This document shows, piece after piece, positions 42,101-55,678 of a stretch of 64,000 bases of DNA; the first letter of the stretch is position 1, and every line of letters starts with the position of its first letter. This DNA is from Octopus sinensis (Eukaryota): the NCBI RefSeq assembly GCF_006345805.1, contig NC_043012.1:42842001-42906000 (forward strand), given 5' to 3'. A program made the position numbers and the translations under genes. Below the pieces are notes generated by a model. It saw nothing but the letters and a program-made list of their open reading frames with translations, ran no database searches and had not been told where the DNA came from.

Positions 42101-42741
42101 TAGATAGGGTATAGTTTTCAACTATACTATGGGGCTGGAAGGGGAACTTGAAACATGTTAGTCTATACAGGTTAAACAAATCTGCCTATGACTTTATGCC
42201 ACTAGAATGACATCCCGTTTATGTTTGACTGATGCAACATCTGCAGAGTTCAAGCAGAATTGCATCCAAGTAATGCAAGCTGTCTTGTGGAGAACCATAT
42301 TGATCAGAGCATGACAAGAAGCCATACATGTTTTTATTAATGTACTTCTCTTAAGTGTACTTTGATGACTTCTATTTAATTTACTTTCCTTTTACAATAC
42401 ACAATACAACATGTAGCAAACTATTCCATAATCATGTTTATAATTTATTTTTGTTAATGTGTTCAATAGGATGAGTTTTAATTGTCTAACTCCCCTTATA
42501 ACAATGGACATGTAATGCAAATTGAAAACCTCACTGGGTTTTTTGTCTCAATCGTGTAAATTTCAATTCTAAAAGTTTTGTGCCAACTGTTCTATGCAGA
42601 ATGTGAGGTACAACTTATAAAATAAATAAGGTAATTTTCATTATTTGGTTATTGACTTTCAATAACTGTTAGATCACAATGAATGTACATTAAAAAACAA
42701 AACCATTTGTAAACTAAAAGTTATTCCTGTTTTGTTTTCAG

Positions 42742-42796
42742 GGCTCAAGAACTGGCCACATATTGAGAAATCTAAAACCCAGTAGCTTAACACATG
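42742..42796 (+). CDS. MYB: Probable next Myb exon (GSRTGHILRNLKPSSLTH-G)
   Basis: Strong polypyrimidine acceptor ttattcctgttttgttttcag and donor gtaaac; open in phase 0, matching the phase-0 end of the 21667-21832 exon. No conserved motif confirms it. Confidence 0.55.
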
Positions 42797-43197
42797 GTAA
42801 ACATATTTTTTCTCTCTAACTTTTTAATAGGTTAATAGTATATGCCAAGTAACAAATTTTATCAGTTTTGATTGTTTACATTCATGAGATTGCAATTGTT
42901 TAAATAATAATTTGTCATAAAGTATTATTTGTACCTTTAATGTACTTGATACACAAGAAATATATAATTGTTTCTTGTATCATATAACTGAGTATATTGG
43001 AAGAAAAAAAAAAAGAATCAAAGGTCCAGCCTTGCTACACTATGTCAGTATGTGAGTGTAGCTGGATTGGTCCTCTGATTCTATCTTATTAAGAGTACAC
43101 AAGTCTGTTGAGTACTCATATATTTGCATGGTGACTCAATGAACCTTGTAGTCTAGTTGCTTGAACAGTGGAAAACTACTTGTAATCAGAAATTCTG

Positions 43198-43276
43198 ATC
43201 TATATATATATATATAGATAGATATAGATAGATATAGATATATAATATATATATATAGATAGAGATAGATAGATAT

Positions 43277-43329
<53 letters not shown>

Positions 43330-43635
43330 TAGATATAGATAGATATAGATATATATATATATATATATATAGATATAGATAGATAGATATAGATATATAT
43401 ATATATATATAGATATAGATAGATAGATATAGATATATATTATATATATATATAGATATAGATAGATAGATAGATATAGATAGATCGATAGATAGATATA
43501 TAGATAGATATATATATAGATAGATATAGATAGATATAGATATATATATAGATATATATATATATATATATAGATATAGATTATATATATATATATATAT
43601 AGATATATATATATATATATAATATATATATATAT

Positions 43636-43670
<35 letters not shown>

Positions 43671-43714
43671 TATATATATATATATATAATATATATATAT
43701 AGATATATATAGAG

Positions 43715-43745
<31 letters not shown>

Positions 43746-43824
43746 ATATAGAATATGATAGATATAGATATATATATATAATAGATTATATATATATATA
43801 TATAGATATATAGTATAGATAGAT

Positions 43825-43865
<41 letters not shown>

Positions 43866-43911
43866 TATAGATAGATATTATATATAGATATAGATAGATA
43901 TATATAGATAT

Positions 43912-43962
<51 letters not shown>

Positions 43963-44004
43963 TAGATATAGATATATATATATATATATATATATAATAG
44001 ATAT

Positions 44005-44041
<37 letters not shown>

Positions 44042-44111
44042 TATATATATATATATATATATAGATAGATATAGATATATATATATATATATATAATATA
44101 TAGATAGATAT

Positions 44112-44150
<39 letters not shown>

Positions 44151-44192
44151 TAGATATATATATATATTATATATATATATATATAGATAGAT

Positions 44193-44231
<39 letters not shown>

Positions 44232-44238
44232 TAGATAT

Positions 44239-44280
<42 letters not shown>

Positions 44281-44500
44281 GATATAGATATTATATATAT
44301 ATATATATATATAGATAGATATAGATATATAATATAGATATATATAGATATATAGATATATATATATAGATATATTAGATAGATATAGATATATAGATAT
44401 ATATAGATAGATAGATATAGATAGATATATATATATATAGATATAGATAGATAGATATAGATAGATATATATATATAGATAGATATAGATATATATATAT
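43198..44500. repeat. (TA)n / (GATA)n microsatellite tract
   Basis: Direct inspection. Confidence 0.95.
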
Positions 44501-44789
44501 AACAAGGTATAAATAATGGTCATTACAAATTTTTCTTTATTAGAGTAAATTTGGCTAGATAGATATAGATAGATATATATATATATATATATATAACAAG
44601 GTATAAATAATGGTCATTACATATTTTTCTTTATTAGAGTAAATTTGGCTTACAACTGTTTCCATTAGTTGTCCTAGGTACATTACTAATAGGTTTACTC
44701 AATTGGTCTCTTGATCAGTTGAGAAAAAAATGAATGACATCAAATAAGGCGTCAGAGGATTTAAAAAAAAGAATTTTTCCTGCAGTTTT

Positions 44790-47310
44790 TTTCTGAGGAA
44801 TTGGATCTTTGCACCAAAGCAGAAACGAAGGTTCAAGTGAAAGAAAATGCTATGCTGGTATTTAAACCTGAGTGAATGGTACCTTTTGTAGTGTTAAAAC
44901 AAGCCAACAAAGAATTGGATAGACTTGAAAAGCTTAGTGTTGAAAAAAATGGATTACAGCTTATGTCAAGAAAAAAAAAAAAAAAAAATCCAAGTATGTG
45001 CTGATTTCTCAGTGGGATTAACTGAATGTTTGATGCTATATAATTACCTGTTACCAAGTCTGGAAGAAATTTCCGCAAAGTTGAATGAAGGAAATTTTTT
45101 TTCAAAGTTGGACCTATCTGAAACGGGTTGTATAAATTTAATTGACTCCCCTTTGCTATAAAAGTAGCACCTGGCATTTTCCAACAAGTTATGGACATTA
45201 TTCTCACAGGTTCGGACTGTAGATTTACCTTGATGACATACTCCTAAAAAGTGAATTTTGAGGTCATCATGCTGAGCATGTTAAAAAGGTCTTTGAAATA
45301 ATAAAAGAGTATCGTTTTAAGCTCAGTGTGGAAAAGAGGGAAATTTTTTTGCAATGAATAGGGCAGATTATTGATGAAAATGGATGCAGACCAGACCTGT
45401 CTAGGGTAAGTGCAATAAAAAATATGCTTCTCCCAAAGAACATTACAATGTTACAAGCATATTTGGGACTTGCAAATTACTACCAGATACCCATACCGAA
45501 TATGCACAATTTAAGAGCATCCCTGAATAACTTATTAAAAAAAGATGTTAAGTTGGACTGGTCAGGCAAATGCCAAAAAGCTTTTGAAGAAATTAAAAAC
45601 GTCTTAACATCAGAATTGTTATCACATTTTGATCTGAATTTAGAAATAATAGTGGCAGCAAATGCCAGTGAAAGTAGTATTGGAGCTGTGATTTTACACA
45701 AGTTTGAAGATGGTAGCCTTATGCTTTGCGTTCTTTATTTCTGGCTGAGAAAAGCTACAGTCAAATAGAAAAAGAAGCATTAGCTATCATATTTGTGGTA
45801 AAAAAATTCCATAAATTTATACATGGAAAGAGGTTCCATCTGCAGACAAACCACCGCCCATTATTGTTGATTAAAAAAAGGGTATCCCCACTCATACAGC
45901 CAACAGACTGCAGTGCTAGGGAATGATCGTACTGAATTACAACTTCAAAATGGAGTATTTGCTATCAAAAAAATTGGGACATAAAGATTAATACCAAAAT
46001 ACAGTGAGCCACTAGAAGACACAGTGATAGTGGCATTAAAAGCTAAAAATGAAATAAAAATTACATTGTGCAATGAAGTGCATGTGACATTGGAGGAAAT
46101 AAAAATTAAGGCAGACACAGATGAGTTTATCATAAAATGAAAAAACAGTGAGATCAGAAGAAGCTAATAAAAAAATATGTGTGGCTGGACGTAACATGGT
46201 TTTGAATTTGTATTTGATATGTGATAATGCACAGGTTGAATGTTTGTATTTGATATGTGATAATGCACAAGGTTGAATGTTTCAGGAAATCCACACTGGA
46301 CATCCTGGAATTTCTAGAATGAAGTTGCTTATGAAGAGTTATGTTTATTGGCCAAAAATGGATCTAGATATCGAGAAGTTGGTAAAATCCTGCAGAGGTT
46401 GTGCTCTTGCAGCGAAATCACCACCTATAAAATTTCAACCTTGGCCCAAGACCAGATATTCCATGGTCCAGAATACACATAGACTTTGCAGGACCATTAA
46501 ACCAACCATATTATCTAATTGTAGTAGATAGCTTTACTAAATAGCCAGGAATGTGTAAATGCAGAAAACAGACATCCACAGTAACAGTTGAATTTCTACA
46601 CAAACTTTTTGCTAGGTATGGTGTTCCAGATACCTTAGTCTCTAATAATGGTACATAATTCACAGTGAATGAATTTAAGAATTTTTGCAAAAAGTACTCA
46701 ATTGAACATATTCCTTCTCCGTATCGCCCAAGATCTAACAGGCAAGCAGAAAGTTCCATGGATAGATTTAAAAGAGCATTAAAGAAATCAAGAAACAAGC
46801 TAGTTGATGACGCAGCATTGACACAATTCTTGAGGGTTTATAGGATAACACCAAACCCAAACACTGTTTCAGGCAAGTCGCCAGCGGAACTAATGTTTGC
46901 TTGAAAAATAAAGTGAAATTTTGAGAAGCTGCTACCAATAAGAAAAACATACAGGGAAAACCCTAAAAATGTATTTTAATATTGGTGACAAGGTGTTTTT
47001 CAAAATATATAAAAATGGAAAACAGGGTTGGGAAAATGGAGTAGTAACAAAAAGAATAGGTAAAATGACATACGATAAGAGGCGAAGAATAGGAACACAA
47101 AAGGCATTTAAACCTGCTAAAATAGGGAAAACAGAAAAGAGATACCTATGGAAATGTTCTATGACACCTTTGATGATCCAACGCCGCAATAAATTGAACC
47201 TAGGCATAGCAGCACAAGAAAGAGGAAACAAACAGAACGGTTGGAAGTAGTGCCTAAACAGAAGAAATATTAAACTTCTCTAGTAGGAAAATCTCAAAAA
47301 GGGAGATGTG
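44790..47310 (+). mobile_element. Ty3/Gypsy LTR retrotransposon pol remnant (RT, RNase H, integrase)
   Basis: LPSLEEISAKLNEGNFFSKLDLS; YSQIEKEALAIIFVVKKFHKFIHGKRFHLQTNHRPL; HTGHPGISRMK...YVYWPKM...CRGC; many stops; no LTRs recognised. Confidence 0.9.
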
Positions 47311-47379
47311 TTGATCGAAAATAAATAAATAAATATAATATCAACTTGATGGTGGTTTTTGGGAGGCTTTCAATATGCA

Positions 47380-47830
47380 TAGTGGGGTAAAGCAGGTTTG
47401 TATGCTTACCCCCCACCTGGTTTGGAATTTTCTTTGTAGTCGTACTGGAACATGCATTTGTGGCATCAACTGATGGAGTTTATTTCCACACTTGGTCAGG
47501 TGACAAACTGTTTAATTTGTTGAGGCTGAAAGTAAAATCCAGAGTGCTCCAGGTACTCGTCAGAGAAATGCTGTTCGCAGATGATGCAGCACTGACAAAG
47601 TGCGCTCTGGAAAGCAAATACAGCACCTCATGGACAAACTTTTAAAGGCCTGTCAGAAATTCAGTCTGAAGAAGACATAAGCAATGGGCCTAAGTAATGG
47701 GCATCCTGAGATGGGTTGAGGTTGCAGATGATTGCCCACACTGGAGACAAATAATGTGAAAGGGTATGGAGAGAGCAGGAAAAAAACAGGAACAGCGCAC
47801 AGTAGTGCTGGCAGAGAGCTCCTTCAAATG
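47380..47830 (+). mobile_element. RTE/BovB-like RT fragment
   Basis: GVKQVCMLTPTWFGIFF...KLFNLLRLKVK...VREMLFADDAAL. Confidence 0.7.
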
Positions 47831-47883
47831 TAGTTGCTGTATGTGTGACTGCTGCTCCTGTGTGGGCCTCTACAACTACACGC

Positions 47884-47935
<52 letters not shown>

Positions 47936-48155
47936 ATATGTGTGTGTCTGTGTATATACACACACACTTTATATACATGTTTGTATATATACATGTATTT
48001 GTATATATATGTGTGTATGTATGTATATACATGTGTATATATATGTATGTATATACATGTGTATATATATGTATGTATATACATGTGTATACATATGTAT
48101 ATATATATATATATGTATGTCTGTATATATGTATGTATATATGTATGTATATATA

Positions 48156-51048
48156 TTCTGTTGTGTCTGGTGAGAGTCATTTTCCTTTTGTGCCTTATAA
48201 TGTAACACACTCACCGGTAAAATTTCCACATTTTTCTTATTTTTATTTTCCTAAAACTTTCGTTGCGTCTTGCAACCTTTTCAATAGTTTTGACTCTGTC
48301 CGTTATTTACACTGCGTTCCTTTTTGTTTGTTTGTGCGCATGTGTGTGGGTGAGTGTGTGTATTTGCATGTGTATGTATATATGTGTGCATCTGCATATT
48401 TATGTGCTTGCATGTCCGTGTTTGTGTATTTACTATGTATGTGTGTGTGAGCATGTGTTTGTATATGTGTGCATCTGTCTCCTTGTGTGTGCATGTCTGT
48501 GTGTGTGTGTGTTATGCAACTATGTACCATGTTTGTATGTATCGATGTGCATCTTTATGTGTGGATCCATGTCTCCATATGTGTCTGTTCTTATAGCCTA
48601 TGTACCTAGCCGTCTGTATGTTGATCTGTTTATTTTCATATCTATATGCTTACATACAGGAAAATAAAAAAAAGTGCATACGCACACATACATACATTTG
48701 TCTCCCTAACAGTCCACTAACTATTCTACTCTACCTGTGGCAGACTATCAGTAGATAGCCCACGGAACTATGTCCAGACCATGCAACAACACATCAGTAG
48801 CATGAGAGAAGTTACACCACAGGAACATGAAAGAGTGGAAAAACTTCTCAATGCACACATGGGAATGTGGTGCAACATACGCCAACCTATAAAAAGGACG
48901 GCACACAATTTCCAGGCATCCAACAATGATGTTCCTACACTATACGGGTTATGTAAAGACCACAAACCCTACGTAAACTCTGTCACAGGGCCCCCAACCA
49001 GACCAGTTTGTAGAGCAAACATCTCCAGCAACTATAGACTGTCCTACTTCCTCTCACAGGTATTGCGACCTCTCATAGAGATGTCTCCGGATGTCTGTAT
49101 GAGTACGGAAGAGCTCCTCAGTAAAATCAGTACTTGCAACCACACCAATGACCTCACAGGTTGTATAGTGGGTAGTATGGATGTAATTTCACTCTACCAA
49201 TCTATAGACATAGATTTTGCTGTGGAGAAATGCATTCAAGCAATCTCTGAAAGTGAAGTGGAATTCTGTAAGGTCAACACTAGGGAACTGGGCCTCCTCC
49301 TCAGACTATGCTATGACAATAACTATTTAGATGACCCTGACCTTAGTAAATTCTGCCCCACCAAGTCACAGAGGGGAAGACCATCCACCATCACTTCAGC
49401 AGTGAAGAAAAGCACCACAGAGCGTTGGAGTGGCTGGACCGCACCCACCCAAAAGCCTGAAAACAACAATCAGGTGAAGGAAACGGTTGCATTTGCAATA
49501 GGGGCCAATGTAAAAACCACCTTGAAAAGCCACATAGTAAAGTTTAATAAAAAATACTATACATGCAGGTTCAAGGTGCAGCCATTGGTGTAGGTATAGC
49601 TGGATATGTGGCTGGCCTCTTCATGACCTGGTGGGGCAGAAAATTTAAACAAATGTTAGCAGAACAGTCCACAACTCTGCTACTCTACAGTAGATATGTA
49701 GATGACATTAATATAATAGTTCGAACCAACTCTAGTGATGGTAATGTAGAGACAGAAGAACGTAATGGAAAGCATCCAGCAAATAGCTAACTCCATTCAC
49801 CAAAGTATCAAGGAGTACTATAGATTACCCCACTAAGAACCCTAACAATAGACTCCCTTGATACTGAACTTTGGTTAGAGACTGTGAACAATAGAGTACA
49901 GCTCCTCCACTCTTATTATACGAAACCCTTAACTTCAAAGTATGTTGTTCACAAGAATTCAGCTTTGTCACACAACAAGAAAATTAACATACTGATAGCA
50001 GACCTAGTTAGAATAATGAACAATGTGTCCCCACTATGCAAACCCTATGAAATGAAAAAACATATACAGAACTTCATACACCGCATGCAGTTCTCTGGAT
50101 ATAATCAGAAAGATAGGGTTCGGGTATACAGGGGGGCTAGAAAGAAATTAGATAACATACGTAATGATACCAGTGGTACCTGCCCTAGATATAGAAACAA
50201 AGAATGGAATAGAATACATAGAACTTGTGACAAAGCAAACAGGGCGAACACATGGTATAAAACCGACAAATATCAAGGAGTGATTTTTGTAGAGGCCTCA
50301 GCCCATGGAGAGCTAGCCTGTAGATTTAGAAAAGCTCTGAAGGAGACCAAACTCAACTTTAAAATTGTTGAAAAGCCAGGGAACTCCATCAGATCACAAC
50401 TATGTAGGACGTACCCCTTTAAGAATACCATATGCACCAATGATAACTGCATGGTATGTAAGATTAGCCCTGGCATTAACTGTAAAACTCGAAATGTAGT
50501 TTACAGTATAAGATGCATAGAAGGTGCTTGTAAGGACATGAACATGACGTATATAGGGAAGACATCTAGGAGCATCGCAGAACGAATAAATGAACATCTA
50601 AGACAATATGATGACAGAAAACAGTCCTCCATACTCTACCAACATGCCAAAGACCACCATAGCCACAGTTTACACAGGTAGAGTAGAATAGTTAGTGGAC
50701 TGTTAGGGAGATAAATGTATGTGTGTGTGTGTTTGTGTGTGTATGCACTTTTTTTTTCCCCTGTATGTAAGCATATAGATATGAAAATAAACAGATCAAC
50801 ATACAGACGGCTAGGTACATAGGCTATAAGAACAGACACATATGGAGACACGAATCCACACATAAAGATGCACATCCATACATACAAACATGGTACATAG
50901 TTGCATAACACACACACACACAGACACGCACACACAAGGAGACAGATGCACACATATACAAACACATGCTCACACACACATACATAGAAAATACACAAAC
51001 ACGGACATGCAAGCACATAAATATGCAGATGCACACATATATACATAC
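48156..51048 (+). mobile_element. Penelope-like retroelement (RT + GIY-YIG endonuclease, frameshifted) flanked by inverted pLTR-like segments
   Basis: ORF pieces: PTLYGLCKDHK, GSMDVISLYQSID, QGAAIG, YSRYVDDINII, and CKTRNVVYSIRC...YIGKTSRSIAERINEH; inverted repeats 48372-48739 and 50673-51048. Confidence 0.88.
48251..48287 (-). ncRNA. Minimal hammerhead-like motif with U3-A8 core in the pLTR of a Penelope-like element
   Basis: Minus strand: CUA UUGAAAA g GUUGC-aagac-GCAAC GAA AGUU U^ UAG; same layout as the 55.8 kb motif, but stem I is only 3 bp. Confidence 0.4.
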
Positions 51049-51284
51049 TTTTGTGTGTTTCTTAAATGGCTTACAAACACCTTCCACGCTGCAATTGTTT
51101 TCGTTCCAGCACACGATCTCAGATCAAATCACTTGCTATGCGAGTACATCTCCGTAATTATTATTTTGTACTTTACTTAATTATTGGTATATGTTTTATT
51201 GTATATTTAATTTTTTTCTATATGGTATGATTTAATTATATCATTGTTATATCCTTGTTGAATTGCTACATATATATTACTACA

Positions 51285-51449
51285 CTCTCGGAGTGGTTGG
51301 CGTTAGGAAGGGCATCCAGCTGTAGAAACACTGCCAGATCTGACTGGCCTGGTGCAGCCTTCGGGCTCCCCAGACCCCAGTTGAACCGTCCAACCCATGC
51401 TAGCATGGAAAGCGGACGTTAAACGACGATGATGATGATGATGATGATA
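51285..51449 (+). mobile_element. Short RTE-tail / SINE 3' fragment with (GAT)n
   Basis: ggagtggttggcgttaggaagggcatccagc...gaaagcggacgttaaacga(gat)n. Confidence 0.8.
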
Positions 51450-51529
51450 TTGTGAAATTTGATTTAAAATTGAATAATTCCCTGTAAGTTTGGAATGATA
51501 TTCCCTAATATTATATATATATATATATA

Positions 51530-54077
51530 TCTTATTATAAAAGGCAGATTTTATCTGCCTCCCTTTGGGAGTTATACAAATCTACAATATAGGATTTCTT
51601 CAATTACAATTTACCTAGCAGTTTTAAGAGTACAATGCATCGCGTCATGCCAGGTCCAGTTTTTAAAATTTAAACTCCAATTAAGCAAAATTTACAGAAA
51701 ACTCACATTCTGGTGTGTGTGTCAAATGCTTTTCTTAGTCTGGTTTACACCACACGCAAACGCACACACACACAAAGGGAGCGAATTGTTTCACTCACGC
51801 TATCACCCTTCTCCTCCTTTGTCTTTGCAAGTTGGCAGCTATTAAAGTGAAAACAGTGAATCCGACAGCGATTAAGAACACGAATTAGCACCTGAATGGA
51901 GTGAAAATTTAAAAACTGTTTCTTTCGGTGATTTTTCTGAAGAAACTGCACCAAGCCACAGACTTTCCTAGAAGAGTAAAGCCTTACACTATTTCTATTT
52001 ACTTTTTCGAATGAGCCCATTTGAAATCATTACGGCAGAAACGAACTGTTACGCTAAACGTAAACAAAACGAAAGAAAGGATAGTTTGTTATTTCCCACA
52101 ACCTTAAATGAAATTAAGGCCTATTTTGCCATAAATATTATTATGGGTATCAGAAAGTTACCCAGAATAACAAATTCTATCGTAAAATTTTGTTGTATAC
52201 CCAATTGAATATTAGCTAATAACCCATTTTCTATAGCGATGTTTGAACAAAATTTTAATAATTTTACAGAAAGTTACCCAGAATAACAAATTCTATCGTA
52301 AAATTTTGTTGTATACCCAATTGAATATTAGCTAATAACCCATTTTCTATAGCGATGTTTGAACAAAATTTTAATAATTTTACAGAAAGTTACCCAGAAT
52401 AACAAATTCTATCGTAAAATTTTGTTGTATACCCAATTGAATATTAGCTAATAACCCATTTTCTATAGCGATGTTTGAACAAAATTTTAATAATTTTACA
52501 GAAAGTTACCCAGAATAACAAATTCTATCGTAAAATTTTGTTGTATACCCAATTGAATATTAGCTAATAACCCATTTTCTATAGCGATGTTTGAACAAAA
52601 TTTTAATAAATTTACAGAAAGTTACCCAGAATAACAAATTCTATCGTAAAATTTTGTTGTATACCCAATTGAATATTAGCTAATAACCCATTTTCTATAG
52701 CGATGTTTGAACAAAATTTTAATAATTTTACAGAAAGTTACCCAGAATAACAAATTCTATCGTAAAATTTTGTTGTATACCCAATTGAATATTAGCTAAT
52801 AACCCATTTTCTATAGCGATGTTTGAACAAAATTTTAATAATTTTACAGAAAGTTACCCAGAATAACAAATTCTATCGTAAAATTTTGTTGTATACCCAA
52901 TTGAATATTAGCTAATAACCCATTTTCTATAGCGATGTTTGAACAAAATTTTAATAATTTTACAGAAAGTTACCCAGAATAACAAATTCTATCGTAAAAT
53001 TTTGTTGTATACCCAATTGAATATTAGCTAATAACCCATTTTCTATAGCGATGTTTGAACAAAATTTTAATAATTTTACAGAAAGTTACCCAGAATAACA
53101 AATTCTATCGTAAAATTTTGTTGTATACCCAATTGAATATTAGCTAATAACCCATTTTCTATAGCGATGTTTGAACAAAATTTTAATAATTTTACAGAAA
53201 GTTACCCAGAATAACAAATTCTATCGTAAAATTTTGTTGTATACCCAATTGAATATTAGCTAATAACCCATTTTCTATAGCGATGTTTGAACAAAATTTT
53301 AATAATTTTACAGAAAGTTACCCAGAATAACAAATTCTATCGTAAAATTTTGTTGTATACCCAATTGAATATTAGCTAATAACCCATTTTCTATAGCGAT
53401 GTTTGAACAAAATTTTAATAATTTTACAGAAAGTTACCCAGAATAACAAATTCTATCATAAAATTTTGTTGTATACCCAATTGAATATTAGCTAATAACC
53501 CATTTTCTATAGCGATGTTTGAACAAAATTTTAATAAATTTACAGAAAGTTACCCAGAATAACAAATTCTATCATAAAATTTTGTTGTATACCCAATTGA
53601 ATATTAGCTAATAACCCATTTTCTATAGCGATGTTTGAACAAAATTTTAATAATTTTACAGAAAGTTACCCAGAATAACAAATTCTATCGTAAAATTTTG
53701 TTGTATACCCAATTGAATATTAGCTAATAACCCATTTTCTATAGCGATGTTTGAACAAAATTTTAATAATTTTACAGAAAGTTACCCAGAATAACAAACG
53801 AGCCCTTCTGGGTATTAGCGCGCGTCTACGATGAGTCTACGATTTAAAAAAAAATTACCATCATATTTTTCCATTTTAATGCATTTTTTTCGCTTTTATA
53901 TAAGGGAAGTAACTCTCTAAAAATATCTACGATGTGTCAACGATTTAAAGAAAAATTTACCTTAATTTTTTTTCAATTTTTAATGCATTTTTTTGCTATT
54001 TTTTGGCTATAACTCTCTAAAAATGCTTATATAGTTATTTCCCTTACAACCCGAGCAACGCCGGGCGATACTGCTAG
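51530..54077 (+). mobile_element. Non-autonomous Helitron carrying a piggyBac fragment and an internal satellite
   Basis: A|TCttattataaaagg start; 3' hairpin cccgagcaacgccggg (54050-54065) followed by CTAG|T. Confidence 0.85.
52152..53798. repeat. 116-bp tandem satellite, 14 full copies plus 23 bp
   Basis: agaaagttacccagaataacaaa starts at 52152, 52268, 52384, 52500 ... 53776; copies are nearly identical. Confidence 0.97.
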
Positions 54078-54095
54078 TATATATATATATATATA

Positions 54096-54830
54096 TCTCT
54101 TATTATAAAAGGCAGATTTTATCTGCCTCCCTTTGGGAGTTATACAAATCTACAATATAGGATTTCTTCAATTACAATTTACCTGGCATTTTTAAGAGTA
54201 CAATGCATCGCGTCATGCCAGGTCCAGTTTTTAAAATTTAAACTCCAATTAAGCAAAATTTACAGAAAACTCACATTCTGGTGTGTGTGTCAAATGCTTT
54301 TCTTAGTCTGGTTTACACCACACGCAAACGCACACACACAGTGGGCAACGATTATTATAAAAGGCAGATTTTATCTGCCTCCCTTTGGGAGTTATACAAA
54401 TCTACAATATAGGATTTCTTCAATTACAATTTACCTGGCATTTTTAAGAGTACAATGCATCGCGTCATGCCAGGTCCAGTTTTTAAAATTTAAACTCCAA
54501 TTAAGCAAAATTTACAGAAAACTCACATTCTGGTGTGTGTGTCAAATGCTTTTCTTAGTCTGGTTTACAGCACACGCAAACGCACACACACAGTGGGCAA
54601 CGAATAAAATGAAAGTAATTGACTTACTGTAGTGAGTGATTCTTTCACTCTGCCTCCCACTTCCTCTTTCAACACATAGACACGCAAATATATAAATAAA
54701 ATTGTAAGCTAATGTGCGTGTGTGCGAGTGGGTGTGTGTGGGTGTGCGCGCGCGCGCGTGTGTGTGTGTGTGTGTGTGTGTGCGTGTGCGTGAGTGTGTG
54801 ACAGGAAAGTTTTTTACGACGAATATAACA
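54096..54830 (+). mobile_element. Helitron 5' portion with its ~250-bp start duplicated in tandem
   Basis: The same 5' sequence as 51530 occurs at about 54096-54349 and 54353-54601; no CTAG 3' end was found. Confidence 0.65.
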
Positions 54831-54851
54831 CCTATATCCAAGTAGCAGAAA

Positions 54852-55322
54852 GATAAGACAGTAAGGTGTGATTTGAGGGAGATTTGGCTGCTATTTCTAC
54901 CATGTCTAGCTGCCATGTAGGGGTCTCCCTCATAGGCTCATACATACATATATACATAGATAAGACAGTAAGGTGTGATTTGGGGGAAATTTGGCTGCTA
55001 TTTCTACCAGGTCTAGCTGCCATGTAGGGGTCATCCTCATAGGCTCATACATACATATATACATAGATAAGACAGTAAGGTGTGATTTGGGGGAAATTTG
55101 GCTGCTATTTCTACCAGGTCTAGCTGCCATGTAGGGGTCTCCCTCATAGGCTCATATATACATAGATAAGACAGTAAGGTGTGATTTGGGGGAAATTTGG
55201 CTGCTATTTCTACCAGGTCTAGCTACCATGTAGAGGTCCCCCTCATTGGCTCATATATATATACATACATAAGACAGTAAGGTGTGATTTGAGGGAGATT
55301 TGGCTGCTGTTTCTACCAGGTC
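54852..55322. repeat. About 4.5 tandem copies of a 99-107 bp SINE-tail-like unit
   Basis: ataagacagtaaggtgtgattt recurs near 54852, 54959, 55066, 55165 and 55268. Confidence 0.85.
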
Positions 55323-55389
55323 TGTTAGGCCTTCTCATGTAAACTCAAGCTTTCTCATGCCTTGAACATAAGACCAAAGCAGAGAATGT

Positions 55390-55600
55390 ATTCTTTTATT
55401 CTTCTGCTTTTTCCAGCCATTGGTCTGTGGCCATGCTGGGGCAATGCCTTGAAGAATTGTAGTTTAATGAATCAACTCCAGTTTTATTTTTGTAAGCATT
55501 GTACTTATTCTATCTGTTTCCTTTGTCAAACCACTAGGTGACAGGGATGTAAACAAACCAACATTTGTTGTCAAGCAGTGGTAGAGGACAATCACACGCA
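55390..55600 (-). mobile_element. SINE 3' half (family of 785-1141)
   Basis: ttcttttattctt...ctgtggccatgctggggca...gggatgtaaacaaaccaac. Confidence 0.6.
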
Positions 55601-55678
55601 CAGACACGCACACACACACATACATGCATACACATATACACACATACATACATACATACATATGTGTGTATATATATA

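Noticed and set aside
42470-42511. Alternative small exon (aatag|gatgag...acat|gtaatg)
   Set aside because: It has a stop codon (TAA) in the phase required after the 21832 donor and weaker splice signals.
44501-44650. 56-bp direct duplication (44501 and 44595) separated by microsatellite
   Set aside because: Consistent with local slippage at the tract edge or an assembly overlap; it has no informative content.
52152-53798. Regular repeats suggesting a CRISPR array
   Set aside because: Head-to-tail identical 116-bp units with no unique spacers, in eukaryotic DNA, with no cas genes.
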